Below are positions 1-9,867 of a stretch of 64,000 nucleotides of DNA, piece after piece. This DNA is from an uncultured Defluviitaleaceae bacterium (lineage in GTDB: Bacteria > Bacillota > Clostridia > Lachnospirales > WRAX01). The stretch's first letter is position 1. Each line of letters begins with the position of its first letter. Position numbers and translations under genes: made by a program. Location: contig CAZOVK010000003.1 of the NCBI GenBank assembly GCA_964583165.1, forward strand, positions 1-64,000, read 5' to 3'. A model generated the notes under the pieces. It was not told where the DNA came from and did not search any database. It saw only the letters and a program-made list of their open reading frames with translations.

Positions 1-23
1 CGATATTTTAATACTTAACCCAT

Positions 24-97
24 GTACTTGTAGCTCAGCAGGATAGAGCAACGGACTTCTAAGCCGTGGGTCGGGGGTTCGAATCCCTCCAGGTACG
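24..97 (+). tRNA. tRNA-Arg (anticodon TCT)
   Basis: Manual cloverleaf fold. Acceptor stem GTACTTG pairs with CAGGTAC (one G-U wobble), D-arm GCTC/GAGC, anticodon loop cTTCTAa with TCT at 58-60, T-arm GGGGG-TTCGAAT-CCCTC, discriminator G, and no encoded CCA. One A-G mismatch closes the anticodon stem. Confidence 0.72.
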
Positions 98-104
98 TAG
101 CGAA

Positions 105-137
105 AACGCCTTGGAGCAGGCGTTTTTTATTTTTTTG
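105..137 (+). terminator. Rho-independent terminator after the tRNA
   Basis: Perfect 7-bp stem AACGCCT/AGGCGTT with a 6-nt loop, followed by TTTTATTTTTTTG. Confidence 0.7.
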
Positions 138-147
138 TTGTGGCATT

Positions 148-384
148 TTAGTCATCCACTTCGATATACCACAAGTCTTCATCCCTATAAAGTAAAATGT
201 GCTTCTTTCGTATGCGGCAGGTATACCTTGTGCCTATACCGCCGGCTTTAAGGCTGGCGGCTTTACGTACATCTATGATGCGGTCGATTTCAAAGGTTCG
301 CCCGTCTTCCCACTGGATAGAGATTGGTGTTAACTGACCCTCGACAGAAAATCTTGCGGTGACACCGACGTTTTTTCTACTCAC
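148..384 (-). CDS. small hypothetical protein (78 aa) co-transcribed downstream of the Y-family polymerase
   Basis: ORF with a GTG start 18 nt after the dinB stop and a GGAGG 11 nt upstream. No family recognised by eye. The position resembles the YolD/UmuD-like accessory genes that follow Y-family polymerases, but no motif match was seen. Confidence 0.4.
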   Translation of the reverse strand: MSRKNVGVTARFSVEGQLTPISIQWEDGRTFEIDRIIDVRKAASLKAGGIGTRYTCRIRKKHILLYRDEDLWYIEVDD

Positions 385-402
385 CTAACAGATAGCCTCC
401 TG

Positions 403-1659
403 CTACAAAATTGCTCCGTCAAAATAATTTATAGGATGTATTATATTTTCTTCTTTTGCGTTTAAGCCGGTTAAAACCCTGTCAACTAACAATATTCCTC
501 TCTTGATAGCGTGATAACCAAAACGGGAACGTATCTCATCAACGCTTTGTTCGAGCCTTTCTTCTTTGTCGCGCTTCTTAAAATCTGTGAATAGATTTAG
601 CTGAATGCCGGTGTCCTTATCTACCAGATTTGTGCCTCTGATGCCTAAACTGCGTAACGGCTCTAGAAATTTGTACTTTGACATGAATATTTCAATAGCT
701 TTTTCGGCGATTTCTTTTGTAAGGAATGAAGGATATTCAAGCTTTGCCTGCCTATCACACGATACAAGATTTTTATCGCGTATATAGATTTGTACGGTTG
801 TACATTTTAGGTTTTGCTCCCTTAATCTAGCGGCTACCGACTCTGCGAGCATAAAAAATGTAGCCCTAACTTCATCTAAATTCGTCAGGTCATGCGATGT
901 CGTGGTTGAATTGCCCACACTCTTTATATAACTTTCAGCACCGTTCGACGCGACGGGTGATGTGTCCTGTCCGTTGGCGAATTGGTGGATAACCAGCCCC
1001 CATTTTCCGAGCCAAGAGTATAGAAGATTTGGGTCACAATTGGCCAAATCGCCAATGGTTCTGATGCCGTATCTCTGGAGCTTTTTTGTTGTCGAACGCC
1101 CTACGTACAGCAAATCAGAAGCGGGTAGAACCCACACGACATCCTTGTAATTACTCTTAGTTATCACGGTTGTCGCGTCGGGCTTTTTAATATCGCTACC
1201 AAGTTTGGCGAATATCTTGTTGAAGCTTACTCCGACAGATACCGTCAGGCCCAATTCACTATAAACCCTACGACGGATTTCATCAGCGATGGTTTTGCCA
1301 TTGCCGAATAGGCTCATGCTGGCTGTTACATCAAGCCAGCTTTCGTCTATACCGAAAGACTCCATTTGGTCGGTATACTCGGCGTAAATCTCTCTTACCA
1401 GCCTTGAAAACTTCAAATACCTTTCAAAGTTAGCGGGCACAACAACTAAATCTTTGCACTTCTGCTTCGCTTGCCACACCGTTTCGCCGGTGGCTACCCC
1501 GAATGCTTTGGCTAGATTGTTTTTTGCCAATATTATACCATGCCTTGCCGCTTCATCACCGCCGACAGCTACGGGCATATGTCGTATCTTTGGGTTACAG
1601 AAGCACTCTACCGAGGCATAGAAGGAATTCAAATCAGAATGAAGTATTGTCCTTTCCAT
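403..1659 (-). CDS. dinB: Y-family DNA polymerase IV (DinB/UmuC family)
   Basis: N-terminal LHSDLNSFYASVE and the VGVSFNKIFAKLGSD motif are typical of DinB. Start assigned to the ATG at MERTIL (AGAGGTGA 8 nt upstream) rather than the GTG used in the ORF track. Confidence 0.85.
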   Translation of the reverse strand: MERTILHSDLNSFYASVECFCNPKIRHMPVAVGGDEAARHGIILAKNNLAKAFGVATGETVWQAKQKCKDLVVVPANFERYLKFSRLVREIYAEYTDQMESFGIDESWLDVTASMSLFGNGKTIADEIRRRVYSELGLTVSVGVSFNKIFAKLGSDIKKPDATTVITKSNYKDVVWVLPASDLLYVGRSTTKKLQRYGIRTIGDLANCDPNLLYSWLGKWGLVIHQFANGQDTSPVASNGAESYIKSVGNSTTTSHDLTNLDEVRATFFMLAESVAARLREQNLKCTTVQIYIRDKNLVSCDRQAKLEYPSFLTKEIAEKAIEIFMSKYKFLEPLRSLGIRGTNLVDKDTGIQLNLFTDFKKRDKEERLEQSVDEIRSRFGYHAIKRGILLVDRVLTGLNAKEENIIHPINYFDGAIL

Positions 1660-1728
1660 ATAAGCTATCACCTCTAGTAGTATTATATAAATAACATATG
1701 AATAAACAGGTGATTTTATTAAAATAGC

Positions 1729-1759
1729 TTGACTTTGACACCGTGTCGTCCTTTATAAT
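1729..1759 (+). promoter_or_regulatory. MerR-type promoter with a 19-bp spacer and an operator palindrome
   Basis: TTGACT (1729-1734), a 19-bp spacer, then TATAAT (1754-1759). The spacer contains the inverted repeat GACAC-c-GTGTC. The RBS AGGGGAGGAG precedes the ATG at 1784. Confidence 0.6.
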
Positions 1760-1783
1760 ATAGTTGGAAAGGGGAGGAGCAGA

Positions 1784-2767
1784 ATGGACCCTACGGGGCT
1801 TATGACTATCAGCGAAATGTCTTCTACGTTTGGGATATCAACGCGCATGTTGCGGTATTATGAGCAGGTGGGGCTTCTTGCGAGTACGCGGCGCTATGAT
1901 TATGCTTATCGGGTTTATGACGAAAACGCAGTGAGGCGGTTGAAGCAGATTATTGTATTGCGGAAGCTTCGGATTTCTGTTAAGCAAATGACAGAGATTT
2001 TTGGCAATAACAGCCTTAGCCGAGCCGTTGATATTTTTTTGGAGAGTATCGGCGAAATTGACAGCGAGATGACCGCGCTTAATACGATTAGGCGGCTTTT
2101 GATTGGTCTAGTGGCGCGTTTGAGCAGTTATGCGGATAATCCGGACGGGTTGAATACCCTGCAAGATGATGATATACTGGAAGCCATTTCAGCGCTTAAC
2201 CTTTCTGATAACAGATTGAGGGGAGAATCGGATATGGAGAATTTAAATGGGGCAAGCGAGAAACTCGCGGCGCTAAAGAATGTGCGGATTTTGCACCTGC
2301 CGCCGATGACGGTTGCGGCGTATAACTATTTTGGCGAGAACCCGGAGGATAACGCCCTCAAGGTTTTCAATGAATTCGTGATGCAAAGACAACTACAGCG
2401 GGTCAAGCCGGATTTAAGGGTTTTGGGCTTCAATAACCCTTCACCGCGTGGGAATGAAACATACGGTTATGAGTTTTGGGTCACAATCCCCGAGGGCATG
2501 GACGTGCCGGAGCCGCTGAAGAAGTTGCACTTTGCGGGCGGGCTTTACGCGGCGCATTGCATTAGAATGGGTGATTTACATGAGTGGCAGTTGCTGGATA
2601 GGTGGGTTAAAGACAGCGAAGAGTATGACTATGACGAACGGGAGCCGTATGGTATGGGCGGGTGCTTAGAAGAGCATTTGAACGCCTTCACATATTATGA
2701 AAACGGTGCAAGGGGCGGTATTATTCAGCTTGATTTGATGATTCCGGTTAAACCGCGGCGAAAGTAA
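1784..2767 (+). CDS. MerR-family transcriptional regulator with a C-terminal GyrI-like effector-binding domain (BmrR-like)
   Basis: N-terminal MerR helix-turn-helix (ISEMSSTFGISTRMLRYYEQVGLL) followed by a roughly 200-aa effector-binding domain. Its own promoter has the MerR-type 19-bp spacer. Confidence 0.85.
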   Translation: MDPTGLMTISEMSSTFGISTRMLRYYEQVGLLASTRRYDYAYRVYDENAVRRLKQIIVLRKLRISVKQMTEIFGNNSLSRAVDIFLESIGEIDSEMTALNTIRRLLIGLVARLSSYADNPDGLNTLQDDDILEAISALNLSDNRLRGESDMENLNGASEKLAALKNVRILHLPPMTVAAYNYFGENPEDNALKVFNEFVMQRQLQRVKPDLRVLGFNNPSPRGNETYGYEFWVTIPEGMDVPEPLKKLHFAGGLYAAHCIRMGDLHEWQLLDRWVKDSEEYDYDEREPYGMGGCLEEHLNAFTYYENGARGGIIQLDLMIPVKPRRK

Positions 2768-2782
2768 TGGTGGAAATGAAAA

Positions 2783-2812
2783 AGGCAGGTGAATATACCC
2801 CGCCTTTTTTGT
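2783..2812. terminator. probable bidirectional terminator between convergent genes
   Basis: AAAAAGGCAGGTG...CCCCGCCTTTTTT is an imperfect hairpin flanked by an A-run and a T-run, lying between the merR stop (2767) and the DHH gene stop (2819). Confidence 0.45.
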
Positions 2813-2818
2813 ATGAAT

Positions 2819-3739
2819 CTATTGTTTGTTCATTAAGATGATGTCGTCTAACAGCGCTGCTAAGTCCTCGGTCATGGTTTCGCTCGAGAACTGGCATGTG
2901 CCGACAGCCGTATGACCGCCGCCGCCGTATTTGAGCATGAGCGAGCCAACATCTATCTTGCAAGTGCGGTTCAATACACTGTAGCCAACGGCCGCACTGC
3001 AACCTTTTTTGTCCTTGCCGTCAACAATCCAGACAGATATGTTCTGCTCGGGGTAAAGGCTATAAATGAGGAAGCGGTTACCCGTGTAAATCGTGTCAAG
3101 CCCGCGTAGGTCGGTGATAATCACTTGTTCAACGGTCTTAGTATGGTTTGTGAGCATATCGCGGAAGAGTTTATCCTGCTCGAAGTACATTTTAACGCGC
3201 TCTTGGACATCGGGTTTTTTAAGAATTGTTTCTATGGATTCCGTCCTGCACCATTCAATCATCTCTTCCATGAGCTGATAGTTGCTGATGCTGAAGTTGC
3301 GGAAACGCCCTAAGCCTGTGCGTGGGTCCATAAGGAAGCCCAGAAGAATCCAGCCCTCGGGGTTCTGAATCTCTTCGGCCGTGAGATGCCCAGAGTCAAC
3401 CTTGTCAACAGCGGCGAGCATATCCTTGAATTGAGACAGCGTTTTGTCGCCGTCATAATAGTCATAGACAACATGCGCGGCGCTCGGTAGTAAGCGGCTT
3501 GCGCCATTATACATGCCCATATAAGCTATGCGCTCTTGTTCACTGGAATGGTGGTCGAACCACAGCCCACAACCCTGAACGAAGGGCACATTAGCGAGCA
3601 CGTCGTCCTTGGTTACTTCGATAAGGCCGTCCTGCAAATCCTTCGGGTGGACGAACTTCCAGGAGTCAATTATCCCGCGTTCACGCAAAAACACAGCGCA
3701 GATGAGTCCGTCAAAATCAGAACGTGTAATAAGTCGCAT
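2819..3739 (-). CDS. DHH/DHHA1-family phosphoesterase (NrnA-like)
   Basis: N-terminal DHH-type DFDGL motif and C-terminal DHHA1 GGGH motif (KYGGGGHTAVG). Start set at the ATG of MRLITRSDFDG, which has AAGGAGAGAG upstream. Confidence 0.72.
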   Translation of the reverse strand: MRLITRSDFDGLICAVFLRERGIIDSWKFVHPKDLQDGLIEVTKDDVLANVPFVQGCGLWFDHHSSEQERIAYMGMYNGASRLLPSAAHVVYDYYDGDKTLSQFKDMLAAVDKVDSGHLTAEEIQNPEGWILLGFLMDPRTGLGRFRNFSISNYQLMEEMIEWCRTESIETILKKPDVQERVKMYFEQDKLFRDMLTNHTKTVEQVIITDLRGLDTIYTGNRFLIYSLYPEQNISVWIVDGKDKKGCSAAVGYSVLNRTCKIDVGSLMLKYGGGGHTAVGTCQFSSETMTEDLAALLDDIILMNKQ

Positions 3740-3756
3740 ACTATCTCTCTCCTTGG

Positions 3757-4458
3757 CTAACGCCCAATGAATAACTGTGCCCAATACATAGTACCGTTGT
3801 CTTTGACAGAGCCAGTTCCTAAATGGGTGTAATTTTTATTCAAAATGTTGGCTTTGTGGCCGGGTGAGTTCATCCAGCCCTCAACGACAGCGGCGGGTGT
3901 GGGATAGCCCGACGCGATATTTTCGCCCGCATATGCGTAGCTAATGCCGTCTAATGTTGTGTAGGGAGATGTGCCGTCCGGGCGCTTATGCTCAAACAGC
4001 GTCACAATTTCAGTGGCGCGAACCTGTGCGGCTTCTGAAAGCTTGGCATCTGTTTTGAGTGGGGCTAAACCTTGCTTTGAGCGCTCAATATTGACAAGGC
4101 GTAACACCTCTTCTTCATATGAGGCCGTATCATTGTTTTTATCGCCGGATGATACCTCGCCTAAGTAAATGGTGTTAGTGCCGCTATCCCAGTTTACGTC
4201 AATGCCCACGGCGTTGGCCAAAGAACGCAACGGTAGATAAGTGGTGCCTTGATAGACAAGCGGAAGCGTCGTATTGCCATATGAATCCGCAGGAGTAAAC
4301 CGTGTGCCGTTTAGGTAGATGCTCACCTGCATAAACGTAGCTGTGACGTTTTGGTTAGACGTAGCCCCATAGACAAACATCCCCCCTGTAGCAAGCGCGA
4401 AAACGACAGCGAGCGTGAACAACGAACCCTTGATGAATTGAATGGTGTCACGTTTCAT
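3757..4458 (-). CDS. secreted CAP/SCP-domain protein with an N-terminal copper-amine-oxidase-like (stalk) domain
   Basis: Signal/TM peptide, a Cu_amine_oxidN1-like segment, and a C-terminal CAP domain (GHKANILNKNYTHLGTG...WAQLF). Confidence 0.65.
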   Translation of the reverse strand: MKRDTIQFIKGSLFTLAVVFALATGGMFVYGATSNQNVTATFMQVSIYLNGTRFTPADSYGNTTLPLVYQGTTYLPLRSLANAVGIDVNWDSGTNTIYLGEVSSGDKNNDTASYEEEVLRLVNIERSKQGLAPLKTDAKLSEAAQVRATEIVTLFEHKRPDGTSPYTTLDGISYAYAGENIASGYPTPAAVVEGWMNSPGHKANILNKNYTHLGTGSVKDNGTMYWAQLFIGR

Positions 4459-4518
4459 AGTGTTCTCCTCTACTATAATTATAAGCGAAACGCCGTTTAA
4501 GTCAATAGTAATGTCTAT

Positions 4519-7026
4519 CTAATGTAGTTTGAATCCGGACAACTGGCTTCTGAGCGCGGACGCTTCGCTGGCGAGTTGTGAAGCGCTGGCGGTGTTTTGT
4601 TCTGAAATAGACATATAGCTGGCCGCCGTGTTCGCTACTTCCTCGATTGAGAGCATGACCTCTGATAGGCTTTCTGATTCAACGCTTGTTGCGTCCGCTA
4701 TTTCTTTGACGATATTCGCGACGTTTTGGGCGTTGGTGACTATGCTGGCGAGGGATGAGCCGGTTTCTTTGGCTATCTGTATGCCGCTGTCAATGCGCTC
4801 AAGCGCCTCCTTGACGTAACGAGCGGTTTCCTTTGACGATAGCAGGCTTCTGTTCGCGAGTTGTCTTACGTCGTCGGCTACAACTGAGAAACCCTTGCCC
4901 GCTTCGCCCGCGTGAGCCGCTTCGATGGACGCGTTAAGCGCGAGCAGGTTTGTTTGACGCGCTATCGCATCTATAGTTTCCATAACGCCCGCAATGTGGT
5001 TCGACGCGTCCTTGATACTCTCCATCGCGTCAAGTAGGTGGCGCATTTGCTCGTTGCCCGTATCGGCCATCTGCATGGAATCATGAGAAAGGCGTGTAGC
5101 ATCGGTTGTGCGCGTGTTGTTACTCTGGGTTAGGGTATTAACTGCCGTGAGTTTCTCGCGTAAACCGTCCATAATCGTTGCCTGGCGCGCCGCACTATCG
5201 GCGAGTGTGCCCGATGAATGGGCGACATGCCGCGTATCGTCAGAAACTTGTTCGCTGGACATGATAATTGCGGAAAAGACCTTATTCAGATTGTTGATGA
5301 TGAGGTTGATACTCTCCTCAATCCGTTGGAACTCACCGGGGTAGTGGCTCGTTATCTTAACAGTCAGATTGCGTCTGGCGACGGCGGAAAGAGATGTTGA
5401 AATCTCTGTAATATAGCCCGAGAGTGACTTGACTGTTGCATTGGCCGACTGTTGAATGTTCTTAAACGCGCCCTCGAAGCTACCTTCCATTGTCACGTCA
5501 AGAACGCCGTTTTTCATTTGAAGCAAGCAGTGCTCAATCTGTTCAATCGGTGCGGCGACAGACTCGATACCCGTGTTGAGCTTCTGGAGCAGGAGTTTCC
5601 AATCGCCCTCGAAGTTTTCTGAATCGGCGCGGAAATCTAAACGCCCCATTGCCGTACTCTCGGCGAAGGTTGAAATTTCACGGCTGATGTTTAATAGGTT
5701 TGCGCGAAGCTCTTCGATTATCTTGTTGCCTACACTTTGCTTACCGGGGAAAACCTTGGCGTATGCCGCGAAATCGCCGTCACCCAGTTTATCCATAATA
5801 TCGAGAAGGCTTAGGAAGTTCTCTATATACATAGAGGTCATATTGTTCACGCCGTCAGCCACGTCACGGAACGCACCCGAGAATGATTTTCCGTCGAGCT
5901 TTTTATCCCAGTCACCGCGCGCGTGGGCGGCTGACATAGAGCGCATGTCGCTGACGAGTTTGTTCAGCGCGGTTACAATATCCATAAAGCAACCCGCGAG
6001 TGTGTCAAGCTCGTTATTTGTTTTGGCTTCAATCAACACGTCCATATCGCCGGCGGCGACCTTACGCGCGCCTTCTGTCAGTAGCTTAATCGGTTTGCTG
6101 ATGATGCTGTCAACGGTGATGATAAGAAAGACCACACTTGCGCCGAGCACAAACAGTAAAATCACGATAGACCACGTGAGCATGGAATTACAGCTTTCAA
6201 GAATTTCATGTTGAGGAGCTGCCGAGTAGAGCGTCCAGCCTGTTGCCGGTATTGTTCGATAGATGAAATAGCGCATTACGCCGTCATAGTCCTTAACCAG
6301 TATGCGCCCGTCCTTACCATCGGCTTGTGCCGCCACTTGCTTATATGTCGGTATAGACAGAAACTGTGTCATTTGCTTGGCAGACGGTTGAAAATCTTTG
6401 TTTGGGTGTGATATGATGTTACCGTTGGCATCAACAAGGAAGTTATAGCCGTTTTTATAGGCTTCCATCTCTGCCATCATTTCTATTATCGTGTTCATGA
6501 AGATATCCATTGACACTACAGTATTCTTGCCGTTTACTACACCGATTGAGCGCGTGATTGTCGTTACCATATCGCCCGTCTGAGCGTCAACATATGGCTC
6601 CGTGAACAAGATATGGCCATTTGCGCCCATAGCTGCCTTATACCAGTCGCGCGATGTTGGGTCATACTCTTCGGGTGACCAACCGCTGCCGAACATAAAT
6701 GAGCCATCATCGAACCCCGCGTATACATCAAGAACGGTAGAATCCAATTCAAGGACGTTCTCCAGAATGCTTTTTCGCGCTTCATCGTCGGTGACGACCC
6801 CAAAGAAAATGCCGATGTCATTGGTCATAGCGGCTCTTGAAGAGAGCCAGCCATCAAATTCATGCGCATTGGCGGACACAATATTTGCGGTGTTGGCGAG
6901 AGTAGTTGTAAGAATGATATTGCGTGCTATAAAGTAGCTCACTATTGTCAGTATAATCATACCGAGCGCAATATTGGTGACAACAAGAACTGTCAACCGT
7001 GTGCGAATACTCATTTTTCTAAGCAC
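4519..7026 (-). CDS. methyl-accepting chemotaxis protein with an extracellular dCache-type sensor
   Basis: Two TM helices flank a roughly 280-aa extracytoplasmic domain, followed by HAMP and a C-terminal MCP signalling domain ([31 protein letters not shown]). Start is uncertain: either the GTG at 7026 (AGGAGG 5 nt upstream) or the ATG at 7014. Confidence 0.85.
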   Translation of the reverse strand: MLRKMSIRTRLTVLVVTNIALGMIILTIVSYFIARNIILTTTLANTANIVSANAHEFDGWLSSRAAMTNDIGIFFGVVTDDEARKSILENVLELDSTVLDVYAGFDDGSFMFGSGWSPEEYDPTSRDWYKAAMGANGHILFTEPYVDAQTGDMVTTITRSIGVVNGKNTVVSMDIFMNTIIEMMAEMEAYKNGYNFLVDANGNIISHPNKDFQPSAKQMTQFLSIPTYKQVAAQADGKDGRILVKDYDGVMRYFIYRTIPATGWTLYSAAPQHEILESCNSMLTWSIVILLFVLGASVVFLIITVDSIISKPIKLLTEGARKVAAGDMDVLIEAKTNNELDTLAGCFMDIVTALNKLVSDMRSMSAAHARGDWDKKLDGKSFSGAFRDVADGVNNMTSMYIENFLSLLDIMDKLGDGDFAAYAKVFPGKQSVGNKIIEELRANLLNISREISTFAESTAMGRLDFRADSENFEGDWKLLLQKLNTGIESVAAPIEQIEHCLLQMKNGVLDVTMEGSFEGAFKNIQQSANATVKSLSGYITEISTSLSAVARRNLTVKITSHYPGEFQRIEESINLIINNLNKVFSAIIMSSEQVSDDTRHVAHSSGTLADSAARQATIMDGLREKLTAVNTLTQSNNTRTTDATRLSHDSMQMADTGNEQMRHLLDAMESIKDASNHIAGVMETIDAIARQTNLLALNASIEAAHAGEAGKGFSVVADDVRQLANRSLLSSKETARYVKEALERIDSGIQIAKETGSSLASIVTNAQNVANIVKEIADATSVESESLSEVMLSIEEVANTAASYMSISEQNTASASQLASEASALRSQLSGFKLH

Positions 7027-7060
7027 ATTGACCTCCTGGTATCTGCAAAAAGCAGTTTTT

Positions 7061-8830
7061 CTAAACCGTAGGCACAAACATAACGTCTGACGGCATTACA
7101 AAGCCGCCGCGCGGTGACAGTGAACAGCCCAAAACGCTCGGTCCGTCCGATGAACAATTACGCTTAAACTGTGCGCGGCTAAAACGCATATAAAATGCGT
7201 TCAGCGATTCATTGAGCTTCTCGCGCTCAATGCCTGAAAACGCGTTTTCGGCGAGTGTGAGCACGTCCTGCGCATTAAGCCCATAGTTAATTATATAATA
7301 TAGGAAGAAATCGTTCAAGAGGTAAGAGCCCAAAATCGCCTCTGTTTTTTGCGCTATTGCGCCCGCGTCGTCTGTCGGGAGTAGTTCGGGGCTTATCGGT
7401 GTGTCCACAATGGATTTGAGCGCCTGACGCGCCTGCGGTGTGAACATACCGCTGTCGGCAATATACAATGCCAACGCCGATATGACTGTTTTGGGCAAAC
7501 CCGCGTTTACGTTATAGTTTGAGATATGGTCGCCGTTGAATGTACAGAAGCCGAGAGCGGCCTCAGAGAAGTCGCCCGTGCCTACGACAATGCCGCGGTG
7601 CATGTTCGCTAAATCCAATAGGATTTGAGTACGTTCGCGGGCTTGTGCGTTCTCATATGCCAAATCGGGTGTTAGGTCGTGCCCTATTTCCGTGAGGTGT
7701 TGTTTACAGCTTTCTCCAATCGGAATCTCGCGTACTGTAACACCCAAACCTTCCATTAAGTCATAGGCGTTCTGTTTCGTACGCTTGCTCGTGCCGAAGC
7801 CCGGCATGGTGACCGCGATAACCTTATCACGCCCGACACCCGCCGCGTCAGCCACAAGCGCAGAAATGACTAAGGATAATGCCGAGTCTAGCCCACCTGA
7901 CGTGCCCACAATCAAACACTTTGAATCAACATGCAAAAACCGCCTCAGTAAGCCCGCTGTCTGAATTTTGAGGATGTCCTCAAAAAATGCTGGGCGTTCG
8001 GGGGCTTTGGGCATGAACGGTTCTCTGTCTAACTTTCTTTCTGTTGCAACGATTGTATGCAAATCAACAACGCGCATAACAGGCTGTTCAATCGAGTTGA
8101 GTAATATACAATTAAGGTCGGTGTAAACGGCTTGTCCGTTCGGGCTAAAAACATTCGATTGTTCAAGGACTTCGCCGTTTTCGGCAATAAGCGACAACCC
8201 GTCGAATACATAGTCTGTTGTAGATTCATAGAAGCCCGCGTTGGCGTAAATCAAGGCAGTTTGTGAAGCCGCCGTCATTGCCATTGCGCTGTTTTGCTTA
8301 TGCTTTACTCCCAATGCTACAGACGGGTTAGCGTCAAGGCATACCGTAAGCCCAGCGGTTGGTTGTGTAGGCATACCGCCCAAACACGCTTCAAAACTGA
8401 ACAGCCGCTCGCCCGCGCGAATATGTGTAACCGTTTCAAATGCCTCCACCGCAGGAACGCTAAAGTAGCGGCTCTCGGCGTGTGTTAGGCGATATTTAGG
8501 CGAAATGCCCACAACACGCCCGTTTTGCAATAAAACGGCGCAGTTATAGAGCTTCCCGAACACGGCAAGCGGTGTGCCCAAAACCACGAGTGTATCGGAG
8601 GATAACCCCGCCAGTCGCTCAATCTCATGTTCAACAGCCAATAATAACGACCGCTGACGGAACAAATCACCGCAAGTAGCCCCCGTCAGCGCAAGTTCGG
8701 GCAGTACCAGCACGGCGGCCTGTTTTTCGTTGGCTTCAGCCATAACGCGCTCAATGACCGCTCCGTTAAAAATCGGGTCAGCCAATTTCAAAGCCGGTAC
8801 GGCCGCGCAGACACGCAAGAATGCGCCCAC
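7061..8830 (-). CDS. nadE: glutamine-dependent NAD+ synthetase (nitrilase plus NAD synthase domains)
   Basis: N-terminal CN-hydrolase region ([19 protein letters not shown]) and C-terminal NAD synthase P-loop ([13 protein letters not shown]). Start placed at the GTG 4 nt after the HPr stop (GGGGTGA upstream) rather than the upstream TTG of the ORF track. Confidence 0.85.
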   Translation of the reverse strand: MGAFLRVCAAVPALKLADPIFNGAVIERVMAEANEKQAAVLVLPELALTGATCGDLFRQRSLLLAVEHEIERLAGLSSDTLVVLGTPLAVFGKLYNCAVLLQNGRVVGISPKYRLTHAESRYFSVPAVEAFETVTHIRAGERLFSFEACLGGMPTQPTAGLTVCLDANPSVALGVKHKQNSAMAMTAASQTALIYANAGFYESTTDYVFDGLSLIAENGEVLEQSNVFSPNGQAVYTDLNCILLNSIEQPVMRVVDLHTIVATERKLDREPFMPKAPERPAFFEDILKIQTAGLLRRFLHVDSKCLIVGTSGGLDSALSLVISALVADAAGVGRDKVIAVTMPGFGTSKRTKQNAYDLMEGLGVTVREIPIGESCKQHLTEIGHDLTPDLAYENAQARERTQILLDLANMHRGIVVGTGDFSEAALGFCTFNGDHISNYNVNAGLPKTVISALALYIADSGMFTPQARQALKSIVDTPISPELLPTDDAGAIAQKTEAILGSYLLNDFFLYYIINYGLNAQDVLTLAENAFSGIEREKLNESLNAFYMRFSRAQFKRNCSSDGPSVLGCSLSPRGGFVMPSDVMFVPTV

Positions 8831-8834
8831 GAAA

Positions 8835-9086
8835 TCACCCCATTCTGTAAAAATAACGCTCCAGCGCTTGCATAGCTTCTTCTTCGTCAGCGCCCTCAAT
8901 GGCGAGCGTAACCGTCATACCCTCTGTGATACCGACTGCTATCATGCCCATGATACTCTTCGCTGAAATACTCTTGTCGCCCGTCATAATCTTGACAGAG
9001 CTAGAAAAACCACCCACGGCTTGTACGAAAACCGCCGCGTCACGCATTTCAAAATCCAGTTCACTTACGATTGTTTTAGTAATCAT
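8835..9086 (-). CDS. crh: HPr-like phosphocarrier paralog lacking the catalytic His15 (Crh-like)
   Basis: 83 aa with the HPr fold, including the conserved KSIMG Ser46 region (SAKSIMGMIAVG). The protein contains no histidine at all. It sits immediately downstream of whiA, as crh does in the Bacillus yvcJ-yvcK-whiA-crh operon. Confidence 0.72.
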   Translation of the reverse strand: MITKTIVSELDFEMRDAAVFVQAVGGFSSSVKIMTGDKSISAKSIMGMIAVGITEGMTVTLAIEGADEEEAMQALERYFYRMG

Positions 9087-9098
9087 CTTGACCCCCTT

Positions 9099-9860
9099 TT
9101 ACCTGTCAGCAATTTCAATTATTTTGTTCAATCTATGGTTAACGCCTGATTTCCCGAGCGGTGGCGTACAAAGTCGCCCTAGCTCAGACAGCGAAATATC
9201 CGGCTGGTTTAGCCTTATCCGCGCGATTTCCTCCAAATGGGGCGGGAGGCTTGACAGCCCGGCGGTGTGCTCCAGTCGTCTGATTGCGTCGAGTTGACGC
9301 GCGCAGGCGTTGACGGTTTTTGTGATGTTAGCCGTTTCACAATTTACCTGTCTGTTGACATTCCCGCGCATTTCCTTTATTATGCGCAGATTTTCCAGCT
9401 CCAACAGAATTTTATGTGCGCCGATAATATTTAGCATATCGACAATCTTTTCTGACTCTTTGATGTAGACGACGCTGTTGTTTTTTCTATGAGTAACCTT
9501 CGCGTCTAATTCGAATGCGTTCAAAACCTTAAGCAAGAGTGCGGTTTTGCTCTCATCATGTAATACAAACTCTAGGTGATAAGATTTGGCGGGGTCACTC
9601 ATTGTTCCGCATACCAAAAACGCGCCGCGCAAAAACGCTCGTTTACAACACAGGCGTTTGGGCTCATAAGCGTCGGAAAAGGCGGGACTTCCCGCGATTG
9701 TAAGTAATTTATCTCGCCGTTGTGTAATAGCAGCGCTTACACGTGCGGCGGTGTGAACAAGAAAGAGCGCGTCCAGTTCAGCCGCCGCGCAGTGTTTAGT
9801 CGTGACGGGCGTATTTATGATGTCCGTCTTGATTCTCTGTGAATAACTGGGCGTTCTCAT
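9099..9860 (-). CDS. whiA: WhiA-family DNA-binding regulator (short form, 253 aa)
   Basis: N-terminus with SQRIK...CAAAELDALFL and a C-terminal helix-turn-helix (SLSELGRLCTPPLGKSGVNHRLNKIIEIA). It lies downstream of rapZ. Confidence 0.78.
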   Translation of the reverse strand: MRTPSYSQRIKTDIINTPVTTKHCAAAELDALFLVHTAARVSAAITQRRDKLLTIAGSPAFSDAYEPKRLCCKRAFLRGAFLVCGTMSDPAKSYHLEFVLHDESKTALLLKVLNAFELDAKVTHRKNNSVVYIKESEKIVDMLNIIGAHKILLELENLRIIKEMRGNVNRQVNCETANITKTVNACARQLDAIRRLEHTAGLSSLPPHLEEIARIRLNQPDISLSELGRLCTPPLGKSGVNHRLNKIIEIADR

Positions 9861-9867
9861 TTAACAC

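Noticed and set aside
1660-1783. Search for a LexA/DinR SOS box (GAAC-N4-GTTC) upstream of dinB
   Set aside because: Only the AACATATGAAT near-palindrome was seen, with no GAAC/GTTC arms. I cannot support SOS regulation from this sequence.
5573-6214. 213-aa ORF on the + strand inside the MCP gene
   Set aside because: It is entirely antisense to a well-supported MCP CDS. Its composition is Ser/Leu/Arg-rich, typical of reverse-frame artefacts, and it has no RBS.
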